A stretch of DNA of 64,000 nucleotides from an uncultured Bacteroides sp. (GCA_964586765.1 CAZPHN010000002.1:83628-147627), one strand, 5' to 3'; positions 9,081-17,400 are shown, numbered from the stretch's first letter. Numbers and translations: made by a program. Notes: generated from the letters alone by a model not told the origin.

Positions 9081-11858
9081 TTAGAAACGGACGCCCACGT
9101 TGAGGAACACTTTTGTGCCCTGTGAGTAGGAAATCTTGTTGGGGTACTTGTTGACATCCCAGTTTTTGGTGTCAAGTCGACCCTGCTGCCAAACATTGTT
9201 CTGGATGTTACGGTTGTTCAGCACATTGTCCACATTAAGATTGATGTTCATCGAAACCTTGCGGTTGATGTAAATCACCTTGCCGAGGCTTACGTTGAGG
9301 ACAAAGGCATTGTTCATTTTGTCCTGACGGGTGATTTCTTCCATCTTTTCGATGAGTGCGTCTTCGGTGGGATATGATTCCCAGAGGGTAGGCTGCACTT
9401 CATGGTAACGGGGAGCGAGTTTGACGTAGCTGCTGCACATATAAGAAGCGTTGACGCCTACGAACCAGCTCTTGGGAGCAGCCCAGTCAAGACCGATGTT
9501 GACTGCGGTCTGAGGGGTGCCGCCTACGCGGTAGTTCTTCAGGTAGATGGTCTGTGTGGTATCGGCTTCCATGCCGTTTTCAAACGAGCGGGTGCCTTCG
9601 GGATTGTTCTTGTAGCGGTAAGAGGCAACGGTACCTGCCACAGTGGCGGTCAGCGAGGGGAGAATCTTATAGGCGAGACCCACTTCGATACCCTTGTTGT
9701 TGCGGCGAACGCCGGAAAGCACATAGTTGGTAAACGCCGAGTAGTTATCGTCATAGAACGATGTACGCTCTATGGCGTTATAGAAATCGGTATAATAAGC
9801 AGTGATTGAACCACGGAATTTAGCGTAGTTCCATCCGTAGGTAAGGTCAGCACTGAAAATACGTTCGTTTTCGGGATTGGCAATGGCTGTATCCTTGATA
9901 CGGGGAGCTATGTAGATGTTTTCAACGAGCGGAGCGTAGGTGCCGTACTCAACATGTCCCATCAGGTAGTTCTTGCCGTCAGCCTTATAGACTGCGCCTG
10001 CCTTGAAGACGGCATTGTCAAAGTGGTGGTCCTCGCCGCGACCGTAAGAGTTTTCCGGGGCGCGACCGTTGCGCATGTTACCCCAGCGGTGGAACATGGT
10101 CATGCTCATGTCCATGCCGTAGTTGAAGTCCCAGTGGGCAAGCTGAATGCGGTTCTGGGCAAAGGCGTTGACCTTCCATACGTGGAAGTCATAGTCATAG
10201 CCAAATCTGTCGCCTACGCCTACGCGACGGTTAGGATTGTTGACGTCGTTCTGGAGAATGCCGGGCACGATGGTGCTCTCGCTGTTTGAATAGGGGTCGA
10301 TGTCAATCCAGAACTGACCGCCGAGGAGGTCCTTGATAGTCTTGTAATATGAAGCCTTGGCGTAGCTTGCGCTCAAACCTGCCTGAAGGGTCATGAAGGA
10401 GTTCAGCCGGGCGTTGAGGACGGAACCAATCTGAGCCTGCAGGTTGTTGCTGTGGCGTTTTTCAAGGATATAGCTTGAACCGAGCTTGTTTTCTTCGGAA
10501 CGGTTTGCGTTTTCGACATTGTTGAGCTCATTGATGAGGTAGAGGTTGTCCCAGTTAATCTGACGGTAGCTTTCGTCGTTGCGCCAGAGGTTTTCGATAT
10601 ATTTGCTCTGGGCGGTAGGTTCGCCGTCAGACAGGAAGTAGCTCGGAAGGTTGCGGTAGTAGTCCGGGCGCGGGTCGCTGGCGTTGAACCAGTTGAGCGC
10701 GGAGGTCGAATAATTGACCGAGCGGAACATTGCCGAGGTGGTCAGAGTGGTACCCTTGTCGTTCTTGTAGAGCCATGTGAGCATGGCGGTGGGGTCAAAG
10801 CTTTCTACGACGCGCGAAGAGCGTTTCTTGCCGTCATAGTAACCCCAGTTAGGGTTGTAAAGGTTATTGTCGGTAAGGTCATATGCTTCCTGATAGGTTG
10901 CGCTGGCGGTTGCGCGCTGGGTGGGTGCGCCCCATGCGGTCAAAGTGAGCGAGTGTTCGGGATTGAGGATTTTCTCGACACTCAGGAAGAGACCTGCGCT
11001 ATTGTAGAATGTGCCTTTGATGACACCTTCGTCGGCATAACGGCCGATGGCACTCAGGGTAACGCCCCAGCCGTGGCGGTTGATACCGGTAGAGTAGGTT
11101 GCCATGGCGCGCAGCATATAGTTGCTGTTGGTGTATGCCACGGAGCCATTGAAGCCGGGAGCATAGTCGGAAGTGATGGTAGAGATGTTGCTCGAGCCGC
11201 CTATGGAGCCGAAACCGTAGTTTGCCGCGCCGAGACCAATGGTGGTGGTCTTGTTGCGGAATGCACGTGAGGTCATGCCGCCAAGGCTTGAGTAATTGAA
11301 ACGTCCGCGGATGGGGTCATTCATGTCCAGACCGTTGATATATGTGGTCTGATACTGGTTGTCATAACCGCGGAAACGGAAATACATGGTCGAGAAATTA
11401 TAGTTCGACGCATTGTAATAGATATTGTCGCTTGCGCCGATGAGCGATGCTACGCTCTGTCCCGCACTCTCTTCGTCGTCGATAGCCGCTTCATCGAAAA
11501 GAAGGTCTTCCTGATCTTCGTAGAATTCGTTGAGTACGTTGGTGGCACTGATTTTGATGGGTTGCTCCAAGTTGGTGCGCTTGCCGTCGGTTAGAGTGAC
11601 GGGAACTACTGTGGAGTAATAACCTGTGGCGGAAGTGCCTAAGTTGAATTGACCGGCCGGAGCTCCGGTAATGATGAACTGACCTTCAGCGTCAGACGAT
11701 GCGCTGATTCCCTGTCCTACAATGGTAACAACCACTCCGGACTTGGGGACTCCGGTGTAAGCGTCGACAACCTTGCCTGCAACCGACGCATTCTGCGCCC
11801 ACGCAGCCGAAGCGATGCCCATAACGCCTACAAAGAGCGATAAAAGCTTTAATCTCAT
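9081..11858 (-). CDS. TonB-dependent outer-membrane receptor with an N-terminal carboxypeptidase-regulatory-like domain
   Basis: 925 aa ORF with a signal peptide, then GKVVDAYTGVPKSGVVVTIVGQGISASSDAEGQFIITGAP, a plug region, and a beta-barrel ending in a C-terminal aromatic residue (LNVGVRF). Confidence 0.88.
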   Translation of the reverse strand: MRLKLLSLFVGVMGIASAAWAQNASVAGKVVDAYTGVPKSGVVVTIVGQGISASSDAEGQFIITGAPAGQFNLGTSATGYYSTVVPVTLTDGKRTNLEQPIKISATNVLNEFYEDQEDLLFDEAAIDDEESAGQSVASLIGASDNIYYNASNYNFSTMYFRFRGYDNQYQTTYINGLDMNDPIRGRFNYSSLGGMTSRAFRNKTTTIGLGAANYGFGSIGGSSNISTITSDYAPGFNGSVAYTNSNYMLRAMATYSTGINRHGWGVTLSAIGRYADEGVIKGTFYNSAGLFLSVEKILNPEHSLTLTAWGAPTQRATASATYQEAYDLTDNNLYNPNWGYYDGKKRSSRVVESFDPTAMLTWLYKNDKGTTLTTSAMFRSVNYSTSALNWFNASDPRPDYYRNLPSYFLSDGEPTAQSKYIENLWRNDESYRQINWDNLYLINELNNVENANRSEENKLGSSYILEKRHSNNLQAQIGSVLNARLNSFMTLQAGLSASYAKASYYKTIKDLLGGQFWIDIDPYSNSESTIVPGILQNDVNNPNRRVGVGDRFGYDYDFHVWKVNAFAQNRIQLAHWDFNYGMDMSMTMFHRWGNMRNGRAPENSYGRGEDHHFDNAVFKAGAVYKADGKNYLMGHVEYGTYAPLVENIYIAPRIKDTAIANPENERIFSADLTYGWNYAKFRGSITAYYTDFYNAIERTSFYDDNYSAFTNYVLSGVRRNNKGIEVGLAYKILPSLTATVAGTVASYRYKNNPEGTRSFENGMEADTTQTIYLKNYRVGGTPQTAVNIGLDWAAPKSWFVGVNASYMCSSYVKLAPRYHEVQPTLWESYPTEDALIEKMEEITRQDKMNNAFVLNVSLGKVIYINRKVSMNINLNVDNVLNNRNIQNNVWQQGRLDTKNWDVNKYPNKISYSQGTKVFLNVGVRF

Positions 11859-11898
11859 AAAGTGTAAAAAAATGTGAGGTTTTAGTATATACTTAGCG

Positions 11899-11906
11899 CA
11901 AATTTA
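11899..11906 (-). promoter_or_regulatory. Bacteroidetes -7 promoter motif (TAAATTTG on the minus strand) for the TonB receptor operon
   Basis: Exact match to the TAnnTTTG consensus, about 41 nt upstream of the ATG at 11858. Confidence 0.5.
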
Positions 11907-11965
11907 CAAAAATTTCTTAAATTCCGCCAATTCCCTCAAAAATTTCCCCGAAAAAGTGCAAATTC

Positions 11966-12011
11966 CATAGAAAAACTTGGGGAGACACGCGAGACGTGTG
12001 CCGCTCCCAAG
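11966..12011 (-). terminator. Rho-independent terminator of LRR gene 1
   Basis: The minus strand reads CTTGGGAGCGGCACACGTCTCGCGTGTCTCCCCAAG followed by TTTTTC, starting 28 nt after the stop codon at 12039. Confidence 0.75.
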
Positions 12012-12038
12012 TTTTGGCAAGAAAAGTAATAGTGTGTC

Positions 12039-14519
12039 TTAAATAGCTACCTTGATAATCTTATTTCCTTGGCGAACAATGTAGACGCCCTTGGCGAGTC
12101 CTTCGAGGCTTTCGCTGACTTTCACACCGTTAAAGGTGAACACTTCATACGATGCGTTTGCGTCAAAATCAGCTGAAACTTCATCAATGCCGGAGAAATC
12201 GCAAGCGACAATATGTCCGAAGTTCTTCCATGGGTCAATTTCCTTGCATTTCGCTATTGCCTTTTCCGGCACATAAAGAGTGGCGTTTCCGTAAGTTTCA
12301 TCGGAAAATGTGTCTAAACCACATTCGATAGGTTCCTCTGCCGCATAATATACCGAGGTCAGACCGCTACAGTCCAAGAAAGCATCCCATCCGATTGAAG
12401 TAACGGAATTGGGAATATTTACCGAGGTCAGACTACTGCAACCACAGAAAGCTCCATTGCCGATTGAAGTAACGGAGTTTGGAATATTTACCGATGTCAG
12501 ACAGTTGCAACGAGCAAAAGCATTGTTGGAGATTGAGGTAACGGAGTTGGGAATGGTCACCTCAGTCAGGCTGTTGCAATAAGAAAAAGCACTATCTCCG
12601 ATTTTAGTGACGGATTCAGGAATCCGAATTGAAGTCAACCCACTACACTTGGCAAAAAGATAACTGCCTAATTCGGTCACTTTGTTGCCTAATGTGATAG
12701 AAGATAGAGTGGTACTATTATAGAATGGTGAATAAACCTCGTAATATATGTCGTGATAAGATTTATAAGTTAAATCTCTACCTAAATAAATCTTCTCTAT
12801 TGGACAGCTTGAAAATACGTTATCTCCTAATGAGATTGATTCAGAGCTATCCATAAAAGTTATTGACGTAAGACTACTACAATCATTAAAAGTTAAACCA
12901 CCAATCACTTTAACAGAGTTTGGAATATCAATTGAGGTTAGTTTATAACAATGGCTGAACGCTTTTTCTCCGATTTCGGTTACAGAGTTAGGGATAATCG
13001 CAGATGTAAGACTGTAGCAATCACTGAATGAGTACTCTCCTATTGATGTTACAGAGTTAGGGATAATCGCAGATGTAAGGCTACTGCAATTATAGAAAGC
13101 ATTCACACCTATTGATGTAACAGAGTTAGGTATGTTTATTGAAGTTAGACCATGACATTCACTAAAAAGCCATGGATTAATTGTCGTTATGGAATTCGGT
13201 ATATTCACTGAAACCAAACTACTACAACCAGAAAATGCACCATCGCCAAGTGAAGTGACAGTGTTGGGAATATTTATTGACGTAAGGTTAGAACAAGAGG
13301 AGAATGCACAACTTTTGATTTCTGTGAGAGAATTGGAAAGTTTTATAGATTGCAAACCATTGCAGTATGAGAAAGTAGAGCAACCTATGGATGTTACAGA
13401 GTTTGGAATCTCTACTGACACTAAATTGCAACAATAGCAAAAAAGATAATCACCTAATTCAGTAACTTGCTCGCCAATTGTTACCGATGTTAATGTTTCT
13501 TTATCATAAAATGGAAATCCAGAATAATCATCTGTGAAATTTATATTTCTTCCAATATACACTTCTTGTAGTGGACATCGATGGAACACGTCTTTCTCCA
13601 AGGAAATAGGAATGGAACAATCTTCAAATCTGACTGATGTTAACCCACACCCATAAAAAGCCGAGTCGTCTATCGTCATTACGGATTTGGGGATAGTCAC
13701 TGAAGTTAATTTATCGTTGTTATAAAAGGCGTACGTTTTAATTGAAGTGACAGATTGTGGAATTTCAAGAGATTTTATGTTACAGGCATAAAAAAGCATT
13801 TCACCTAATTCAGTAACATTCTTACCGATTGTGACATAATTTACATCTTTATAATAAAAGGGAGAATAACCATCTTCGTATGTTGTCGAATATATTAGGT
13901 CTCGCCCCAGATAAACGTTATCAAAATGACAATAAGAGAAGATATTAGAGCCCAGAGATATAGGGGTAGGATTATCCTCGAAAACAATTGATTTCAAGCC
14001 ACTGCTATTGAATGCATCAGCCATAATGGATGTGACAGAGCCGGGAATCGTAATTGAACTTAATGAATAGCATCCTTTGAATGCATCTTCGCGTATTGTT
14101 GTAACGGAGTTGGGAATAATTACTGATGTCAATTCTTTACAATCACGGAAAACACCCTTGCTGATTGTTGTTATGGAGTTCGGAATAGTTATAGATGTAA
14201 GACTTGAACAGTAATAAAATGCATCTTCGTCAATAAATGTTACAGAAGTGGGGATATTTACCGAAGTAATAGAATAACATTGTGAAAAGGCATTCTTGCC
14301 AATCGATGTAACAAAGTAATATCTTCCGTTACAGAAGATTTTAGAAGGAATAATAAGATTTCCTTCATAGCTATTGTCGATAGAGATGACGGAGGCAGTT
14401 TCGGTTTCATCGTTCAGTTCATACCAAATCTGGTCGATTGTAACTGTCTGCGCCTTGGAAACGAGCCCCACTAATCCCATAATCAGGATTAGGGAAAAAC
14501 GAGTAATTTGTTTTTTCAT
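12039..14519 (-). CDS. BspA-like leucine-rich-repeat surface protein with a T9SS C-terminal sorting domain
   Basis: 826 aa ORF with a signal peptide. It has dozens of ~23-aa units (IPNSVTSIG..AF..C.SLTS.). The C-terminus is GVKVSESLEGLAKGVYIVRQGNKIIKVAI. GC content is visibly lower than in the flanks. Confidence 0.85.
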   Translation of the reverse strand: MKKQITRFSLILIMGLVGLVSKAQTVTIDQIWYELNDETETASVISIDNSYEGNLIIPSKIFCNGRYYFVTSIGKNAFSQCYSITSVNIPTSVTFIDEDAFYYCSSLTSITIPNSITTISKGVFRDCKELTSVIIPNSVTTIREDAFKGCYSLSSITIPGSVTSIMADAFNSSGLKSIVFEDNPTPISLGSNIFSYCHFDNVYLGRDLIYSTTYEDGYSPFYYKDVNYVTIGKNVTELGEMLFYACNIKSLEIPQSVTSIKTYAFYNNDKLTSVTIPKSVMTIDDSAFYGCGLTSVRFEDCSIPISLEKDVFHRCPLQEVYIGRNINFTDDYSGFPFYDKETLTSVTIGEQVTELGDYLFCYCCNLVSVEIPNSVTSIGCSTFSYCNGLQSIKLSNSLTEIKSCAFSSCSNLTSINIPNTVTSLGDGAFSGCSSLVSVNIPNSITTINPWLFSECHGLTSINIPNSVTSIGVNAFYNCSSLTSAIIPNSVTSIGEYSFSDCYSLTSAIIPNSVTEIGEKAFSHCYKLTSIDIPNSVKVIGGLTFNDCSSLTSITFMDSSESISLGDNVFSSCPIEKIYLGRDLTYKSYHDIYYEVYSPFYNSTTLSSITLGNKVTELGSYLFAKCSGLTSIRIPESVTKIGDSAFSYCNSLTEVTIPNSVTSISNNAFARCNCLTSVNIPNSVTSIGNGAFCGCSSLTSVNIPNSVTSIGWDAFLDCSGLTSVYYAAEEPIECGLDTFSDETYGNATLYVPEKAIAKCKEIDPWKNFGHIVACDFSGIDEVSADFDANASYEVFTFNGVKVSESLEGLAKGVYIVRQGNKIIKVAI

Positions 14520-14884
14520 ACTGTGAAATGTTTTTTAGGTGCCTCGGTCATCCCCTCGTTGGCGTAAACGGTTGGTTTATAAATGAAAAAGCGCGGGAAT
14601 CTGACTCATTGCCGTCCCACGTTTCGAGGCTCTCGCATTGCCCTAACCAGTTGGACGGCAATGGCGAAGCCCACGCAAATATGAGTATTGCCCCCAATGC
14701 ATAATAAATGCATGGAGGGAACAGTCATATCCAAGTGGCGCACTCCATTGCTTAGCCCTTGACTGGTTAATGAAATTTGCGAGATTTCGAAACGTCAAGT
14801 GACGAAGCGCAAAGTAACGCTTTTCCGTATGTTAAGATGCCGACCCGCCCGCTGACCCGTCGACGGGGCTCCGCGTGGTGGTCG
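14520..14884 (-). promoter_or_regulatory. Long structured 5' leader of LRR gene 1 with nested long-range helices and a terminator-like hairpin
   Basis: Helix pairs read from the sequence are 14619-14637/14778-14795, 14644-14651/14762-14769 and 14607-14617/14653-14663 (11 bp perfect). A hairpin pairs 14592-14598 with 14615-14621 and is followed by a U5 run (14586-14590). Confidence 0.45.
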
Positions 14885-14890
14885 ACACCG

Positions 14891-14898
14891 CAAAATTA
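14891..14898 (-). promoter_or_regulatory. -7 promoter motif (TAATTTTG on the minus strand) for LRR gene 1
   Basis: Exact TAnnTTTG match about 372 nt upstream of the ATG at 14519, preceded by an AT-rich tract. Confidence 0.45.
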
Positions 14899-14950
14899 GT
14901 TATTTTTTTCAATCTCACAAAATTTTAGCCTTTATTTTAATATACGCGTC

Positions 14951-14995
14951 GGAGACGCTGCGCGTCTGGCACGCGAGACGCGTGCCGCTCCCAAG
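14951..14995. repeat. Second, expanded copy of the GC-rich hairpin seen at 11981-12011
   Basis: The sequence ggagac[gctgcgcgtctggc]acgcgagacgcgtgccgctcccaag compares with ggagacacgcgagacgtgtgccgctcccaag. It contains the perfect palindrome GGCACGCG-AGA-CGCGTGCC. Confidence 0.7.
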
Positions 14996-15003
14996 CGATT
15001 GCG

Positions 15004-15039
15004 CATAAATAAGGCTGCACCGGGTGGGGTGCAGCCTTA
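15004..15039 (-). terminator. Terminator hairpin of the OmpA-family gene
   Basis: AAGGCTGCAC...GTGCAGCCTT forms a 10-bp stem about 34 nt after the stop codon at 15073. It is followed on the minus strand by ATTTAT. Confidence 0.6.
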
Positions 15040-15072
15040 CGTTGGTGGATGTTATTTTGGATTGTTGGGGGA

Positions 15073-16233
15073 TTAGTCGGCTTCGTTGAGGATGCAGATG
15101 GCTACGCGGTTCCAGCTGTCTTCCTTGAACATGTGTCCGATGCCTTCGCCTTCGGCTTTGATTCGGTCAGCCTTGATGCCGTACTTCTGGACGAGCATGT
15201 CCTTCACTGAGTTGGCGCGCTTGGCAGCGAGTTTGAGGTTGAAGTCGAGGTTACCGTCCTGTGATGCATAACCCTTGATGACTACGGTAGACTCGGGATT
15301 GTGTTTCATGTAGTCGGCAATCATCTCTACGTTAGGCTTCTGGTCAGCGGCGATGGTCGAAGAACCGATGCGGTAGTATACGTAGCGGACGCTTTCGAGG
15401 GTATTGTTGGTTTCAACGACGGTGTTGGTCACTACGGGAACGGGGCGATTTACACATTCGTCGAGCTGAGCGGCAAGTACACCGTTTGCGGCGAGGACGT
15501 CGGCATTAGCTGCGGCGAGAGCTGCATTTTCAGCGCGGAGGGCGTTAATCTGGTCGTTGTAGGGGGTAAGGTCGGTAGGCTCAACGAAGGTGAAGCTGTG
15601 GGTTCCGTTGGAGTTACCGAAGTGGTAGGTTACGCCGGCTTCGAGTTCAACGGCAGCATATTTGCGGTTAAGCGCGGTTGACTTTGAGAGGTCCCATACG
15701 ACGGCAGGTTTGATGCCGATGGTCCATGCGCGTTCTGAACCGAGGTTAAAGTTGAAATTGATACCGGTTTTTGCGCCAAAGTCGTTGTAATCCTTGCCCT
15801 GAGCGGCAGGTTTGAATCCATGAATCCAGCCGAGACCGCCTACGGCTTCAACTTCGAATACGCGGGGTTGACCGGCATAGCCTGCAAAGAGGTTATTGAG
15901 GTTGACGGCACCGAAACCGCCTACGTAGATATTATCGACAACGTTGTGCATTGAGGGTGCATGGTTGAAAGTGGAGGTATTGAACGCTGCCTGACCTTCA
16001 ACGCCGAATGCCAAGGTGGGGGTAATCTGTTTGCGCACTTCGAGACCGGCGATGCCGCGCATGTTCTGTCCGAAGGTGTAGCCCTGATTGTTAAGAGCCG
16101 GGGAAACTACGCCGCCTTTGAGCGTGATTGAGTAATTGTCGAAAGGTTTGCTGGGAGTCAGAGGAGCAAACTCTGCATTTGCTGCGCCGGCACAAGCGAG
16201 GGCGGCTGCAGAAGCGAGGATAAATTTTTTCAT
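15073..16233 (-). CDS. OmpA-family outer-membrane protein with an N-terminal beta-barrel, a coiled-coil linker and a C-terminal OmpA peptidoglycan-binding domain
   Basis: 386 aa ORF with a signal peptide (AGAANA). It has an Ala-rich coiled coil (INALRAENAALAAANADVLAANGVLAAQL). The C-terminus reads VVIKGYASQDGNLDFNLKLAAKRANSVKDMLV. Confidence 0.85.
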   Translation of the reverse strand: MKKFILASAAALACAGAANAEFAPLTPSKPFDNYSITLKGGVVSPALNNQGYTFGQNMRGIAGLEVRKQITPTLAFGVEGQAAFNTSTFNHAPSMHNVVDNIYVGGFGAVNLNNLFAGYAGQPRVFEVEAVGGLGWIHGFKPAAQGKDYNDFGAKTGINFNFNLGSERAWTIGIKPAVVWDLSKSTALNRKYAAVELEAGVTYHFGNSNGTHSFTFVEPTDLTPYNDQINALRAENAALAAANADVLAANGVLAAQLDECVNRPVPVVTNTVVETNNTLESVRYVYYRIGSSTIAADQKPNVEMIADYMKHNPESTVVIKGYASQDGNLDFNLKLAAKRANSVKDMLVQKYGIKADRIKAEGEGIGHMFKEDSWNRVAICILNEAD

Positions 16234-16338
16234 GTTTGTTGGAGTAGGTTAGTTAATAGTTGAAATTTTGATTTGTGTATTTTTGAAACGTGTCAGCGGT
16301 CATTTTTGTTCACTAACCTTACTAAATTCTTTCGGAAA

Positions 16339-17259
16339 TTATGTTCCGGAGGTGTGTTTTCTTGCCCGCGGATGGTGGAGCAGAAGCTCTTCACGCAGGC
16401 GGTGTTTGTCCATATGTATATATATCTGTGTGGTTGAAATATCTTCGTGACCCAGCATTTCCTGAATGGCGCGCAGGTTTGCTCCTCCTTCAAGCAGATG
16501 GGACGCGAAGGAGTGGCGCAGGGTGTGGGGCGAGACGTCGCGTGTAATTCCGGCGCGCGCCGCCAGATTTTTTACAATGTCGAATACTCGGATGCGGGTT
16601 ATGCGTCTGCCGGTACGCGGGGCAAGAAATACCGAGTTTTCCTCGCCGGGGGCAATTTTGCCTGTGGCGCGCTCGTCGAGCCAGTCGACCAGTGCGTCTG
16701 CCGTTATTTCGCCTAAAGGTACCAGACGCTGCTTGCGCCCCTTGCCGGTTACGGTCAGGTAGCCGTCGGCAAGAAACAGCGCGTCAATCCTCAGGTTTAT
16801 CAGTTCGCTGACACGCAGCCCGCAGCCATATATGGTCTCGATAAGCGCACGGTCGCGCACAGCCTCGCGCGCCGAGGGGTCAATCGAGGCAATCATCGCG
16901 TCGATTTCCTCAACGGCAAGTACCTCGGGCAGATGCATTCCGCTGCGCGGAAGCTCGAGAAGCAGCGCGGGGTTAGAGGATATGCGCCCTTCGAGCTGAA
17001 GGAAACGGAAAAAGGAGCGAATGCCGCTTACGGCTCGCGCCATGGAGCGGGGTGACAGTCCGCAGTCCATCAAGGATGCCATAAACGACTGCAGACACTC
17101 CGGCGTTACATCTGCCGGGGCGATACCTTCCGTTTCGAGAAATGAACAGAGCCGGCGCGCGTCTGTCCCGTAGGCAAGGCGCGAATTCTCACCTGCGCCG
17201 CGCTCAAGGAGCAGATAGGCATCGTAGGCTTCAAGGAGTTTCTTGTAGTTGGTCTGCAT
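16339..17259 (-). CDS. xerD: Tyrosine site-specific recombinase XerD
   Basis: The C-terminal catalytic region is HTLRHSFASHLLEGGANLRAIQEMLGHEDISTTQIYIH. The start is ambiguous. ATGs at 17259 (MQTNYKK) and 17274 are both more plausible than the ORF maximum at 17340. Confidence 0.8.
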   Translation of the reverse strand: MQTNYKKLLEAYDAYLLLERGAGENSRLAYGTDARRLCSFLETEGIAPADVTPECLQSFMASLMDCGLSPRSMARAVSGIRSFFRFLQLEGRISSNPALLLELPRSGMHLPEVLAVEEIDAMIASIDPSAREAVRDRALIETIYGCGLRVSELINLRIDALFLADGYLTVTGKGRKQRLVPLGEITADALVDWLDERATGKIAPGEENSVFLAPRTGRRITRIRVFDIVKNLAARAGITRDVSPHTLRHSFASHLLEGGANLRAIQEMLGHEDISTTQIYIHMDKHRLREELLLHHPRARKHTSGT

Positions 17260-17400
17260 AACGTAATGAACCATAGACTTAGCGAGGACAAAGTTACAAT
17301 TTATCTGACATGTATCCAAAGAAATGAGTCCAAATGACACAATTGTGTGACATTAACATTATTTAACTTTTGCCATTTATGCTGAATATCCGCAAATTGC

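Noticed and set aside
14606-14728. A 40-codon leader ORF (MTVPSMHLLCIGGNTHICVGFAIAVQLVRAMREPRNVGRQ) ending inside the loop of the terminator-like hairpin, considered as a leader peptide for translational attenuation.
   Set aside because: No analogous ORF exists in the architecturally similar leader of LRR gene 2. There is no codon bias or repeated regulatory codons, and it could easily arise by chance. I kept it only as a note.
14619-14795. Imperfect ~18-nt inverted repeats flanking ~140 bp upstream of LRR gene 1, considered as a DNA inverton (phase-variable promoter), with xerD about 1.6 kb away. The analogous pair lies at 61435-61591.
   Set aside because: The enclosed segments contain no exact TAnnTTTG promoter in either orientation (the best is CATATTTG). 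A perfect promoter motif lies further upstream of each. The recombinase nearby looks like housekeeping XerD. An RNA-structure interpretation fits better. Inversion is still testable with paired-end or long reads (PhaseFinder-type analysis).
14520-14890. Checked whether the structured non-coding regions (here and at 42379-42640) are RNase P RNA, tmRNA, SRP/4.5S, 6S RNA or a known riboswitch.
   Set aside because: None of the conserved cores I know were found. I looked for the RNase P GAGGAAAGUCC / ACAGAA motifs, the tmRNA tRNA-like ends and tag ORF, the SRP GGAAG/AGCA domain IV, and the cobalamin, TPP and SAM cores. An Rfam scan is still needed.
16339-17259. The tyrosine recombinase considered as a marker of an integrated mobile element carrying the OmpA/LRR region.
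   Set aside because: The sequence and length fit chromosomal XerD. It has backbone-like GC content, and no att-like repeats, excisionase or mobilisation genes are nearby.
16339-17340. N-terminal extensions suggested by maximal ORFs. The affected ORFs are xerD to 17340, serB to 3999, the histidine kinase from 18059, relA from 48808, pgpH from 51099, MNT from 36383, higB to 45427 and GT2 to 46377.
   Set aside because: Internal ATGs give N-termini that match family expectations and produce typical 1-23 nt overlaps or short gaps with neighbours. Several of the maximal-ORF starts are non-ATG codons or run into promoter regions.
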